From the NCBI GenBank assembly GCA_030670545.1, contig DAOVBM010000004.1, forward strand, positions 1 through 60,251: a stretch of DNA of 60,251 nucleotides, read 5' to 3'. The notes under the pieces are model-generated. The model made no database searches, was not told where the DNA came from, and saw nothing but the letters and a program-made list of their open reading frames with translations. Numbering within the stretch: position 1 is the first letter of the stretch; every line of letters starts with the position of its first letter. Origin of the DNA: Candidatus Woesearchaeota archaeon. GTDB lineage: Archaea > Nanobdellota > Nanobdellia > Woesearchaeales > JAGLGH01. The position numbers and the translations under genes were made by a program. Positions 1-9,143 of this stretch are shown piece after piece.

Positions 1-55
1 ATCTTGTGCTGAGTTAAGGTATATTAACCTCAATAAAATACAAAGGAGATAAAAA

Positions 56-337
56 ATGGTAAGAGGAATGTTCAAGTCAAGGAGTTTAAGGAAAGTATTT
101 GTAAAGACTCCAGGATCAAAGACTGTAGTGCACTACAGGAAAAGGAAGCCGTCAAAAGCAAAATGTGGGAGCTGTGGGACTGATCTCAAGGGAGTTCCGA
201 GGGAAAGGCCATACAAGATGCAGAATATGCCAAAGACTGCAAAAAGGCCGGAACGGCCTTTTGGCGGAGTGCTATGCAGTGGGTGTATGCGCAAGCAGAT
301 AATCGCAAAAGTAAAACAAAATAAATCCCTCTCATAA
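56..337 (+). CDS. rpl34e: 50S ribosomal protein L34e
   Basis: 93 aa. Basic N-terminus (RSLRKVFVKTPG) and CxxC...CxxC zinc ribbon (KCGSCG ... CSGC) typical of L34e. GGAG Shine-Dalgarno shortly upstream of the ATG. Confidence 0.9.
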   Translation: MVRGMFKSRSLRKVFVKTPGSKTVVHYRKRKPSKAKCGSCGTDLKGVPRERPYKMQNMPKTAKRPERPFGGVLCSGCMRKQIIAKVKQNKSLS

Positions 338-389
338 GGCATTTGGCGACATTGCCTGCTAGATTCTAGGGAGAGGGGAGGAATAAAAA

Positions 390-770
390 ATGGAAGTAGG
401 AAGTGTATGTGTAAAGATTGCTGGAAGAGATGCTGGACTGGTATGCGTAATAGTGGAAAAGATTGACAGCATTTATGTTATGATAGACGGTCAGACAAGG
501 AGAAGAAAATGCAACATTGCACATCTTGAAATGACTGGCAAGACACTGCCAATCAAGAAAGGATCTCATGATGAAGTAAAAAAGCTTTTTGAGTCTGAAA
601 TGGATATAAAGATAACAGACACCAAACCAAAAGAGAAGAAAGAAAGACCTAGAAAGCAGAGAAAATCCAAGCAGGAGAAAGAAGAGACAAAAGATAAGAA
701 AAAGCCTGCAAAAGAGAAAATCACAAAAAAGCAAGAAAAGGCAAAGGAACCAGAAGAAAAATCAGAATAA
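390..770 (+). CDS. rpl14e: 50S ribosomal protein L14e with Lys/Glu-rich C-terminal tail
   Basis: The N-terminal KOW-like segment VGSVCVKIAGRDAG..CVIV and RRRKCNIAHLE match archaeal L14e. The last ~50 aa (KPKEKKERPRKQRKSKQEKEE...) are an extra low-complexity tail. Confidence 0.85.
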   Translation: MEVGSVCVKIAGRDAGLVCVIVEKIDSIYVMIDGQTRRRKCNIAHLEMTGKTLPIKKGSHDEVKKLFESEMDIKITDTKPKEKKERPRKQRKSKQEKEETKDKKKPAKEKITKKQEKAKEPEEKSE

Positions 771-774
771 TTTC

Positions 775-2118
775 TTAATAATAGCTTTCTTTTCTTTTTT
801 TAATAAATACAAAAACACCAATCACTATAATCAACATAATCACAATTCCTATAATAACAGGACCAGATATTGCCTTTTTCTCAGGAACTACGTGCGTGAT
901 TGGAGGGGATACAGGAGGGGTAATGACTGCAATATTATTCACTTCTGCAGCAGTATCATTCAATGATACATTCTCTATAAACGTAAGGTTATCTGAAACA
1001 TTGATAGATATATTTGTCAGATTTGAGATGTTGTCAATGCTCACATTAACTGGAATATCACCATAATAATCCACAGATATGGGTTCAGATAGAGACGTTT
1101 GTGTAAATACACCCCTTATTATATAATCTATTGTTGTATTTATCGAATGATTGCCTTCACTCATAACACTGCCCGAAAACCAGATGTCAAGAGTCTCACT
1201 CTTGTCGAGAATCCCTTTGAAAGATAAACCGTATGATTCTTCCCTAAATTTTGGATGATATTGCAGGATCATTATATTCTCAGGCACATTGACCCTCATC
1301 CTGTTAATACTCATATCCTGTTCCTCATCCAGATTTGTCATATTAATCTGATAGAATACTATGTCGCCTACCTTTAATGTATTATTGGATATATGTGGCT
1401 CCAATTTAAGCAGAGGAACTGAAAATGAAATGTTTGCTAAATTTGAGACTGCTGTCTTCTCAATATCATCAAGAATATAATTTGCTGTCGCTGCTGTTGA
1501 ATATGTAACATTTGTTATCGCTTCTATTGTATATGTACAGATATGGCTTACTCCAGAGTTTAAGTTGCCATACCACCTAATGTTGCGGCCAAAATATTCG
1601 CATCCGTCAGCATAAGTCACTCTGATTCCCTCAGGCAGTAAGTCCTTAAGGATTATACCTTTTGCTGCAGAGGTCGCATTATTAAAAAGCTTTAGTGTTA
1701 TGATAAAAGGATCCTGGATAAGAAGTGGTGGTTCATAATCATATAACTTCGTAATTATAATCCCTCTCTCCCCCATACTATATTTTGATATGTTAATATA
1801 AGCTTTCCAGTATTCCTTATCTATACTGTAATTAACCCAATCCAGTTCCTTTGTTCCATTATAGCAGACTATGAAACCATCCTTTGAATAACATCCTGTA
1901 CCTGATATTGATAGGATATTTCCTGTTGGAAGATTTACAACAAACTGCTCCAGATCTGACTGCCCGGAAATGAAAAAGATATCACCATTTGAAGAAAATT
2001 TCTCTCCATATGGAGCCAGGCCCTCATATAGAAGCTCTAACTCTTCAGCATAAGAAATACATGCTAACATGAGCAGTATTGACAAAAATAATAGTAATTT
2101 GCATATATTAGTTCCCAT
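775..2118 (-). CDS. secreted, C-terminally membrane-anchored surface protein (CARDB/DUF11-like repeats, many N-glycosylation sequons)
   Basis: The ORF-track start (2178) is a TTG. The ATG at 2118 gives the signal peptide MGTNICKLLLFLSILLMLACISYA. There are numerous N-x-S/T sequons and a C-terminal TM helix followed by KKRK. The segment NNATSAAKGIILKDLLPEG resembles archaeal surface beta-sandwich repeats. Confidence 0.6.
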   Translation of the reverse strand: MGTNICKLLLFLSILLMLACISYAEELELLYEGLAPYGEKFSSNGDIFFISGQSDLEQFVVNLPTGNILSISGTGCYSKDGFIVCYNGTKELDWVNYSIDKEYWKAYINISKYSMGERGIIITKLYDYEPPLLIQDPFIITLKLFNNATSAAKGIILKDLLPEGIRVTYADGCEYFGRNIRWYGNLNSGVSHICTYTIEAITNVTYSTAATANYILDDIEKTAVSNLANISFSVPLLKLEPHISNNTLKVGDIVFYQINMTNLDEEQDMSINRMRVNVPENIMILQYHPKFREESYGLSFKGILDKSETLDIWFSGSVMSEGNHSINTTIDYIIRGVFTQTSLSEPISVDYYGDIPVNVSIDNISNLTNISINVSDNLTFIENVSLNDTAAEVNNIAVITPPVSPPITHVVPEKKAISGPVIIGIVIMLIIVIGVFVFIKKRKESYY

Positions 2119-2200
2119 AATCACAAATACACTAAATGGAGTATATAATATTTTCGATTGCCTGATTAAAATAATCAAAATTAGAGGTTACTTTGCACTG

Positions 2201-2506
2201 CTATTCCTTGACCTTAAAATCAACATCAATCACTTCATCATCTGTTTTTGGCTTCTTTTTCCTGTTTCCTGCTCTAAATTTCTTAAATACGGATGGTTGC
2301 TTTCGCAGAATAAATAATGGAATTATTATCAAAAGCAGTATTATCAGGACAGCCAAAGCAAAAAACCCTAACACTATAAAAAGATAAGCTCCTGTAAGAA
2401 AACTTAACGCTTTCCATCCTTTATCCCTTGCAACAAGATAAATAAAATAGACAAGAATAAGTGTAAATACTGTCCCTGATATGCTGAATGTTTTTCTGTA
2501 TTTCAT
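2201..2506 (-). CDS. small membrane protein (about 3 TM), unknown function
   Basis: 101-aa ORF with an ATG start, three hydrophobic helices and a basic/acidic tail. It fills the gap between pheT and the surface protein gene. Confidence 0.5.
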   Translation of the reverse strand: MKYRKTFSISGTVFTLILVYFIYLVARDKGWKALSFLTGAYLFIVLGFFALAVLIILLLIIIPLFILRKQPSVFKKFRAGNRKKKPKTDDEVIDVDFKVKE

Positions 2507-2520
2507 TATAACGATTAAAA

Positions 2521-4200
2521 CTATCTGTTCACTGCTTTGTAAAGTTCAGTAAGATTCAATTCAAATGCAGCTACAGGATAATCTAATTTCCAATTCCCTA
2601 ACACTTGGGGGTGTATCTCTCCAATGTATGCTATTTTTTTTCCATTTACTTTTACTCTTCCACATCTACCAGGAATAAAAGAATTATGCTCTGCTTCAAT
2701 TATTTCATAAGATACTCCTAATGAACCCATTAAAAAGTCAAGAGCTTGTTTTGCTTTTGTAAAATCTGAATTTTTATCAATTATACCCCAGGCAATTCTT
2801 ATAGGGTTAATTGCTCTTGTTTCTGCTTTTTCATCAGGAATTACGACTTGTCCAATCTCAAATATCTGCTGAGGATATTCTCTATTGGTATTCTTTGAAA
2901 ATATTTCAAGAAGTTGAGGGATTATCCATGTTCTAAATACACACCAATTTTTTGAGACTGCATTATCTATCTCAATAATTTTTTGAGTTTCAGGGTCAAT
3001 ATCCATATTTTTAAATAAGTAATCTTTATTTGTCAGTACATATGACATGACTTCCTGACAGGATAATCCCACCATAATATCAGCAATGTCTCTTGCAAAT
3101 TGCTCTTCTCCAATCAAACTATGTTCTGTTATGATTTGGGGTGATTCCGGAACAATATTATTAAAACCATATCCAATCAATATATCTTCAACAATATCCA
3201 TTGGATGCATAATGTCCTGCCTGTAAGGTGCATAATATACTTTAAATGATTCTTTTTCTTCTTTTACATCAAATCTTGCTCCTTTTAGAAGTTGGATTAT
3301 CTTTTTATCTGTAATTGTTTCTCCTAATGTTTTAATTATTAATTCTTTGGAAACTATAATTTCTTTTAGGGAAAAATCAGGGGATATTATAGTTTTACCA
3401 TTGTCTTCAATTTCTACTGTTTCAAGTTTCCCCCCCCTATCAATTAAAGCTGAAACAACTACATTTAACGCTGGAACAATAAATTTCATATCATGGCCAC
3501 TGCACTCAATAAATAAATTGTGTGTATCTTTTGTGACTTTTCCTGTATGTTCTGAGTTGATAACTGGTGGCATTGATAAAACTTCTCCAACAGAATCAAT
3601 AAACAACGGATATTTGTCAAAACCTTCAAGAAGATCACCATATTCCTTACCTTTAGGGTGTTTTGATAGTATCTGGCGCAAGGTAATCTCTTGGGGGTAA
3701 TCGAGAGGTTGAAATTTGGTCTTGTCTGGATCAAATGCTTTATATGTTATTGGGCCTGTTATCTTATCATAATCATATATGCCTATTGCTGCCTGGTCTC
3801 GATTTCTTCCAAAAGTTTCACAGACTTTTTCCTGTAATTGGATTATCTGGAATAGTACTTCTTCAGTAATATTAATTTTCTTGATAACTGCGCAAACAGT
3901 CAATGGCCTTATTTTTTTAAGATTTCTATCAATTGTAAGTTTTAATCCTGATTTTTTTGATGTATAATTGATGGCTCCTGATTCAATATTATATTTTGTT
4001 TTGAGTTCTCTGGCAATTCCTTCAACAGACCAAAGGTCCGGCCTATTTGTATCAGCAATCTCAAGTTTTATGCGATCGCCATCTACTTCTTCAAATTCAC
4101 CCTTAACAAAAAGGATTCCTTCTTTTTCAAGTTCTTTTATTGGTATTTTTTTCCCAATAAGATTGCATAAATCCTTATATGATATTTCTATTGTTGGCAT
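2521..4200 (-). CDS. pheT: phenylalanine--tRNA ligase beta subunit
   Basis: 559 aa, archaeal-type PheRS beta (N-terminal MPTIEISYKDL...DRIKLEI..NRPDLWSVEGIAREL). It lies 3 nt downstream of pheS. Confidence 0.92.
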   Translation of the reverse strand: MPTIEISYKDLCNLIGKKIPIKELEKEGILFVKGEFEEVDGDRIKLEIADTNRPDLWSVEGIARELKTKYNIESGAINYTSKKSGLKLTIDRNLKKIRPLTVCAVIKKINITEEVLFQIIQLQEKVCETFGRNRDQAAIGIYDYDKITGPITYKAFDPDKTKFQPLDYPQEITLRQILSKHPKGKEYGDLLEGFDKYPLFIDSVGEVLSMPPVINSEHTGKVTKDTHNLFIECSGHDMKFIVPALNVVVSALIDRGGKLETVEIEDNGKTIISPDFSLKEIIVSKELIIKTLGETITDKKIIQLLKGARFDVKEEKESFKVYYAPYRQDIMHPMDIVEDILIGYGFNNIVPESPQIITEHSLIGEEQFARDIADIMVGLSCQEVMSYVLTNKDYLFKNMDIDPETQKIIEIDNAVSKNWCVFRTWIIPQLLEIFSKNTNREYPQQIFEIGQVVIPDEKAETRAINPIRIAWGIIDKNSDFTKAKQALDFLMGSLGVSYEIIEAEHNSFIPGRCGRVKVNGKKIAYIGEIHPQVLGNWKLDYPVAAFELNLTELYKAVNR

Positions 4201-4202
4201 TT

Positions 4203-5738
4203 TTATCGGTTATATTTTTTTTGTTTTTTTAAGTAATCTAAATCATGGCTAAATATGTCTCGGATGTCTTTTATTCCTAATTTTAACATTGCAAGCCGAT
4301 CAAGTCCAAAACCCCATGCTATCACTGGTTCTTTGATACCTAATGGGGTGCATAGTTCTGGTCTAAATATTCCTGCTCCTGCAAGTTCCAGCCATCCGAA
4401 TTTTGGATGTTTTACTGATATTTGTACTGAAGGTTCTGTGAAAGGGAAGTAATCTGGAAAAAATCTTGCTTCTGTTGCTCCTGTTAATTCAAATGCACAA
4501 TCTCTTAAAAGACCAAGGAGGTGTTTGAATGATAAATCTTTTCCAATAACAAAACCCCCCATTTGATTAAACTCAACACCATGTGTTGCATCAATTACAT
4601 CTGGACGAAAACATCTTACTAAACTGAAATATTTTCCAGGTGATTTGATTTCTTTTGCCATATATCTTGGAGATATAGCAGTATCATGTGCCCTGGGCAT
4701 AAGCTGCATTGCTATTTTTGGATCCCATTTATAACCCCACCCTGTTGAACCAGAGTCACCACCATTTTCATGTGTTTTACTGACAGCTTCAATAATCTTT
4801 TTATCAGGAAGATCACCATATTTTGGTTCTTTTATTTTATATGTCGCTGTCCAGGTTCTTGCTGGATGATTTTGTGGTTGGTATAATGCATCAAAATTAA
4901 AAAATTCAGTTTCAATTATTGGTCCTGTCATTTCAACAAAACCCATCCTTAAAAGAATGTGTTTAACTTCATTAATAAATTCATTATATTGGTGTTTTTT
5001 TCCTCCATAAATCTTAGGAACATTTATCTCTACATCATATCTCCTGAACTTCCTGCCCTTCCATGCACCATTCTTCAGCATATCTGGTGTCAGTCTGTCA
5101 ATAGCGCCAGAAGTTTTGATTTTCATCTTTGACAGCTTTTTTCCAAGTTCAGTAAGCTCTGCTGTCCTGTCCTTTACAAATGTTGTTTTTATTATTTCCT
5201 TTCTCTTCCTGAAAATATCATAAGCAAATCTCTCTTCATCACTTAGTCTGGAAAGCGCAACACTGCCTTTAGATAGTTTTTTAAGAAATTTATCTTCAAT
5301 ACTCTCTTTATCAATAATATTTTTCCCCTGCGCAGTCAGCTCAATCTTATTGTCCCTGAAATTGATTGCTGCTTTTCCTTTAAGTATTCCGATACAGGCG
5401 TTTAATTCAGATTTATCAAGCCCTGCCTTTACTGCTATTTTACCCATGTCCTGTGGCTTGTCTTTGATAGCTATAAGAAATCTTTTTTCAGGAAGCCCTT
5501 TTTCAAGATACTCTTTTCCATTGGCATCCAGGCTTATCTTTTCTTTGGGTTCAGTCTTTATCTTTGCAATATCTTTATTCTCTAGCCACTGCAAAGCCCT
5601 CATTACCTCAATCTGTGAAAGACCTGACACATCAACAAGTTCTGCCAGGCTGTTATGCTCAGCAATTAGAGGGAGCACTTTCTGCTCTAATGGGTGCAGT
5701 GTTTCTATTAGTTTTTGTGTATCTTTATCTGCTGCCAT
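4203..5738 (-). CDS. pheS: phenylalanine--tRNA ligase alpha subunit
   Basis: 511 aa. Class II aaRS motif 2 (FRPDVIDATHGVEFNQMGG) and motif 3 (GFGLDRLAM), plus the N-terminal wHTH region typical of the archaeal alpha subunit. Confidence 0.92.
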   Translation of the reverse strand: MAADKDTQKLIETLHPLEQKVLPLIAEHNSLAELVDVSGLSQIEVMRALQWLENKDIAKIKTEPKEKISLDANGKEYLEKGLPEKRFLIAIKDKPQDMGKIAVKAGLDKSELNACIGILKGKAAINFRDNKIELTAQGKNIIDKESIEDKFLKKLSKGSVALSRLSDEERFAYDIFRKRKEIIKTTFVKDRTAELTELGKKLSKMKIKTSGAIDRLTPDMLKNGAWKGRKFRRYDVEINVPKIYGGKKHQYNEFINEVKHILLRMGFVEMTGPIIETEFFNFDALYQPQNHPARTWTATYKIKEPKYGDLPDKKIIEAVSKTHENGGDSGSTGWGYKWDPKIAMQLMPRAHDTAISPRYMAKEIKSPGKYFSLVRCFRPDVIDATHGVEFNQMGGFVIGKDLSFKHLLGLLRDCAFELTGATEARFFPDYFPFTEPSVQISVKHPKFGWLELAGAGIFRPELCTPLGIKEPVIAWGFGLDRLAMLKLGIKDIRDIFSHDLDYLKKQKKYNR

Positions 5739-5763
5739 TTACGCCTTAAAAAACCCATCCTGT

Positions 5764-5771
5764 TATATAAA
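5764..5771 (-). promoter_or_regulatory. TATA box (TTTATATA on minus strand) for pheS
   Basis: TTTATATA is centred about 29 nt upstream of the pheS ATG. This is the same spacing seen at several other genes in the window and implies a leaderless or very short 5' UTR. Confidence 0.45.
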
Positions 5772-5783
5772 CTTTTCTTTAAG

Positions 5784-6109
5784 GTAAGTAAAAAGTCTGC
5801 TATTCAAGGAGCATCAGCATCATCAGTCAAAACTTAATCCTTTGCCTTATCCTGTTCGTCGCGGGGAACCTCTGAGGCAAAACCGAACGAGGTGCCAGAA
5901 ATTGTGAAACAATTTCTCAGCAGCCCCATTCGGGGACGCAGAACCTTCTGATAACCTATCCTAAGTACTTGGAGAGCAAAGCTCTCTAAGTTACTTGGAA
6001 GGCATAGCCTTCTAAGTTCTTAAGGAACTTTGTTCCTCAAGACTTAATGAGCTACGCTCATCAAGATTTGAAGATGCTTGTGCTCCGTTACATCTGACTT
6101 TTTACTTAC
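5784..6109 (+). mobile_element. MITE family A, copy A1 (expanded 326-bp variant)
   Basis: Perfect 14-bp terminal inverted repeat GTAAGTAAAAAGTC / GACTTTTTACTTAC. It is flanked by the perfect 8-bp direct repeat TCTTTAAG (5776-5783 and 6110-6117). It is homologous to copies at 27653, 38355 and 50553 and has two internal insertions. Confidence 0.8.
5962..6062 (+). repeat. tandem array of four ~25-nt units, each a TAAGTNCTT-like spacer plus a 6-7 bp/3-nt-loop hairpin
   Basis: Units: taagtactt-GGAGAGCaaaGCTCTC, taagttactt-GGAAGGCataGCCTTC, taagttctta-AGGAACtttGTTCCT, caagacttaa-TGAGCtacGCTCA. Stem sequences differ but complementarity is kept. Confidence 0.7.
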
Positions 6110-6732
6110 TCTTTAAGCTTTATTCTTTTTAGTGATTCTTTTGCTTCTCCGCCTTCCATGCCAAGAGACTGCATCAATGCCATCATGTCCCGTGGATAGC
6201 GCAGCTTATAAGGATTGTCTGCAAAGCTCGCTGTTATCATACTCACTTTATACTTCCTGCACAACTTTATATTCTGCATTATTCTTGACATTATTGCAGA
6301 CTTTTTCATACCTTTGCGCTTAAGAAGCATAGAAAATGAAAATGCTACTGAAATATTATTCCTGCGCGCAAGTTTTGCAAGGACCTGGTTCATTCCACTT
6401 GCCTTATGGTGAATATAATCCTTTTGTGATACCTCTTCAAGGCCATAAATGATGTTAATATCTTTTGATTCAAAGAATTGCCTGTTCTTTTCCCCTGCCT
6501 TGACAATTTTCAGGCCTTCTGTCTTGCGCGCATTGTTCAGGTTGCTATTTCCTATACTGAACACCCTAATTAATTTTACACTCTTGTCCTGCATTCCATC
6601 AAGATTATTCTCTACTTTCTGCTTTTTGGCCATAAAGGGATATACAAAAATAAGACTGCTGTATCCAAGCCTTTTTGCCATTTCTATGAAATCTGCTTCA
6701 TTTCCATTGGGTATTACAATATCACAGAACAT
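6106..6732 (-). CDS. rnp3: ribonuclease P protein component 3 (Rpp30-like)
   Basis: 208 aa. CDIVIPNGNE.DFIEMAKRLGY at the N-terminus and the overall pattern recall archaeal Rpp30 (PHP/TIM-barrel-like). This is a family call from memory. The stop codon lies inside the MITE A1 terminal repeat. Confidence 0.6.
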   Translation of the reverse strand: MFCDIVIPNGNEADFIEMAKRLGYSSLIFVYPFMAKKQKVENNLDGMQDKSVKLIRVFSIGNSNLNNARKTEGLKIVKAGEKNRQFFESKDINIIYGLEEVSQKDYIHHKASGMNQVLAKLARRNNISVAFSFSMLLKRKGMKKSAIMSRIMQNIKLCRKYKVSMITASFADNPYKLRYPRDMMALMQSLGMEGGEAKESLKRIKLKE

Positions 6733-6822
6733 AACTAACAGAGAAAGGAGTTTTTATATAAATGTTTTGTGAGCAAAATTTAATGCCTTAGGGTATATTG
6801 ACCACTAGATAGTAAGGAAAGA

Positions 6823-6830
6823 TTTAAATA
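6823..6830 (+). promoter_or_regulatory. TATA box (GATTTAAATACT context) for 6853 gene
   Basis: TTTAAATA is centred ~27 nt upstream of the ATG. The same AGATTTAAATACT motif recurs at 38539-38551, and a one-mismatch variant CGTTTAAATACT at 36093-36104. Confidence 0.45.
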
Positions 6831-6852
6831 CTCTGTCTGGTTTTTTAATGTT

Positions 6853-7461
6853 ATGATCAAAATAAACAGAAGAAATGTACGTAGAGCAATAATTAAAGCA
6901 AATTTATCAGGAAATAGTATAGTGAGGGGAAGGTTGTGTTTACCTGATGACTTTCATTATCATAAGAGTTTATGCCAATATCTTCAGAACCCTTATTTTA
7001 GTGGTAGAGGTAAAAAATATGATATAAAATATGTACACTTGAGAGATGTAGATATAATAAACACGAAAGATAAGAAAGGAAAGATTAAACATATCCCTAT
7101 ATTAAAATTCCCATTAGAAAGGATAATCCTCGCAGAACATGAAAATCAGCCAGCCATAATTACATTAAACAGGGGGAAAAACATATCTTCTCAATATACA
7201 ATAAAAATAGGCCAGGATTATATATTAGCTGAAATGACTGGAAATTTTATTGGAAAAGGACTAAAAAATAAAAAGGATATCCTTGACTATATGTTAAATG
7301 ATAAATGTTATAAGTTTCCTTTTATTGAGATTTGTGTTCAACACTATCTTATTCAGGGGGAAATACAGCGTCCTAAGGGAAATAATAAAAGGATACTCAA
7401 TTTAAATTATATAACGAATTTGAAACCCGCCCATCATGTTAAGAATTTAGTTCAAACATAA
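6853..7461 (+). CDS. hypothetical protein
   Basis: 202-aa uninterrupted ORF in a stop-rich AT-rich context, with an ATG start preceded by a TATA box at the leaderless distance. No family recognised. Confidence 0.5.
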   Translation: MIKINRRNVRRAIIKANLSGNSIVRGRLCLPDDFHYHKSLCQYLQNPYFSGRGKKYDIKYVHLRDVDIINTKDKKGKIKHIPILKFPLERIILAEHENQPAIITLNRGKNISSQYTIKIGQDYILAEMTGNFIGKGLKNKKDILDYMLNDKCYKFPFIEICVQHYLIQGEIQRPKGNNKRILNLNYITNLKPAHHVKNLVQT

Positions 7462-7464
7462 ATT

Positions 7465-8616
7465 TTAACTAAAACCTTCTGCCGTTTCTACAGCCATTGC
7501 AACCAAATCCAAAATATCAATTTTTTTCTCTTCTTTCTCTATTTTCTTGATCTTAGCTTTTGTTGCAGGATGTGCAGGCAAGAGCCCGCATTTTCCAGAT
7601 GTCTTTATTGAAGCCTCAAATGTTCCAATCTCTTTTGCTATGTCTATTATTTCCTGCTTATTCATTCCAATGAGCGGCCTGAGAACAGGAAGGTCACTTG
7701 CCTTGTTCTCGCAATAGATATTGTCAAGTGTCTGGGAAGCAACTTGCCCAATTGATTCTCCAGTAATTATTGCTTTTGCGCCCTCTTTTTGCGCAATCTG
7801 ATCTGCTATTCTGTACATAAATCTCTTGCAAACTATGCATCTCAACCTGGGATTTACTGAATCCTTTATCTTCTGTTGTATTACCCCAAAATTGACTGTA
7901 TACATTCTTGCTTGAGAGTCAAACCGCCTGAGAATCTGGAATAATCCATATGCATAATCCTTTTCTTGCTTGTCAGCAAATGGATAATTATAATTAAAGA
8001 CAAAGATTGTACTGCAGCCCCTTTTCATTGCCATCCATGCAGCAACAGGACTGTCTATGCCTGTAGAAAGAAGAGTGACAACTTTTCCGCTTGAGCCTAC
8101 AGGAAGACCACCATAGCCGTTTATCTTCTCAGAAAAGACATAAGCTTTTCCTTCTATTAACTCGATATAATATGTGAATTCTGGATTTTTTAGTTTTACT
8201 TTTGCGTTTGTCTTGTTCACAACAAATTCTCCAATTTCCCTTTCAATCTCGATAGATGTTTTGGGAAATGATTTATCAACTCTCTGGACGCGGATGCAGA
8301 AACTGTTTTCTTTATTTAATCCTGATTGCTCTACAAGACCATTGACTTCTTCGTGTATCTCTTTGATGCCCTGCGAGGTTTCTATTGCATGTGAGAATGA
8401 TGCAATCCCAAACACATCCTTAAGGCAATCACACCTTTCATTTGACTTGATGATTAGCCTGCCCCTGATCTTAATTATTGAAGAAAAATCTTTCTTATTG
8501 TACTGAAGGTTTGATTTTATGTTATCGACGAGTTTATTCTCAAACTCATGCCTGTTCTTGCCTTTCAATCCAATCTCAGCATATCTTATGATTATTGTAT
8601 CTGTTTTTGCTTTCAT
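7465..8616 (-). CDS. thiI: tRNA 4-thiouridine synthase ThiI (THUMP + PP-loop ATPase, no rhodanese domain)
   Basis: THUMP-like N-terminal half and PP-loop LLSTGIDSPVAAW (SGGxDS variant). The track start at 8649 is a TTG, so the ATG at 8616 (MKAKTDTIII) is preferred. Confidence 0.85.
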   Translation of the reverse strand: MKAKTDTIIIRYAEIGLKGKNRHEFENKLVDNIKSNLQYNKKDFSSIIKIRGRLIIKSNERCDCLKDVFGIASFSHAIETSQGIKEIHEEVNGLVEQSGLNKENSFCIRVQRVDKSFPKTSIEIEREIGEFVVNKTNAKVKLKNPEFTYYIELIEGKAYVFSEKINGYGGLPVGSSGKVVTLLSTGIDSPVAAWMAMKRGCSTIFVFNYNYPFADKQEKDYAYGLFQILRRFDSQARMYTVNFGVIQQKIKDSVNPRLRCIVCKRFMYRIADQIAQKEGAKAIITGESIGQVASQTLDNIYCENKASDLPVLRPLIGMNKQEIIDIAKEIGTFEASIKTSGKCGLLPAHPATKAKIKKIEKEEKKIDILDLVAMAVETAEGFS

Positions 8617-8957
8617 TTTTCTGTTATTTGGCCATAAGTATAAGAACAATTAAAAGCTTTTGGATTTACAAAAAATTTCGCAGAAAATTTTAAATTATGC
8701 GAAAAATATTTATAGTAGAAGAAATATTGCGTTATTTAACATGTTTAAAATCCCTGTAATTGGATTATGGAATCATTTTATTCTCTCTATTAGAGTGGAA
8801 ATTACAGACTCCATTACTGGGAAATACAAACTTGTGAAACCAGTGATGTGTTAAATTCCTAATAAAATCTTTGGGAACTGGCAAATCACTGGGGGTCTAA
8901 AATTCTATAAGGATTGAACTGGTGGTTTGCAAAGCCTAAAGGTTTTTGGATATCATG

Positions 8958-9098
8958 AAAATCCGCTGCAAGTGTCCTATTTCACACTAAAGTGTGGAGT
9001 TTGACAGGACACTTGCTTTGGAAGGCGGATTTTTAGGATGCAAAAAGACGAGGATGTATCCAGCACCTAAAGGTGCGAGTTTTTAGCCTCGTCTTTTT
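8958..9098 (+). other. two tandem nested stem-loop elements (76 nt and 57 nt), possible small RNA or structured spacer
   Basis: Element 1: 9-bp outer stem AAAATCCGC/GCGGATTTT enclosing the 11-bp stem GCAAGTGTCCT/AGGACACTTGC, which encloses CACAC-TAAA-GTGTG. Element 2: 12-bp stem AAAAAGACGAGG/CCTCGTCTTTTT enclosing GCACC-TAAA-GGTGC. Confidence 0.4.
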
Positions 9099-9143
9099 AG
9101 CATCAAAAACAAACGGGTGAGAAAATTGAAAGAAGCAAACCAG

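Noticed and set aside
5784-5790. GTAAGT...TTACTTAC ends resemble eukaryotic splice-site or intron boundaries.
   Set aside because: The elements are intergenic, flanked by 8-bp target duplications, and are perfect inverted repeats. Transposon termini explain them better than any intron.
5962-6062. Regularly spaced palindromic units considered as a mini-CRISPR array.
   Set aside because: The units are ~25 nt in total. The palindromic parts differ while the spacers are the conserved part. There are no cas genes, and the array lies inside a MITE.
8660-8854. 64-aa plus-strand ORF in the thiI upstream spacer.
   Set aside because: It has a TTG start, no SD or TATA at a suitable distance, and no recognisable features. 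It was left unannotated, although a small gene cannot be excluded.
8958-9033. 76-nt nested hairpin tested as a tRNA or H/ACA sRNA.
   Set aside because: It has no cloverleaf. There is no pseudouridylation pocket: only 1 nt on the 5' side of the internal loop. No ACA box follows the stem.
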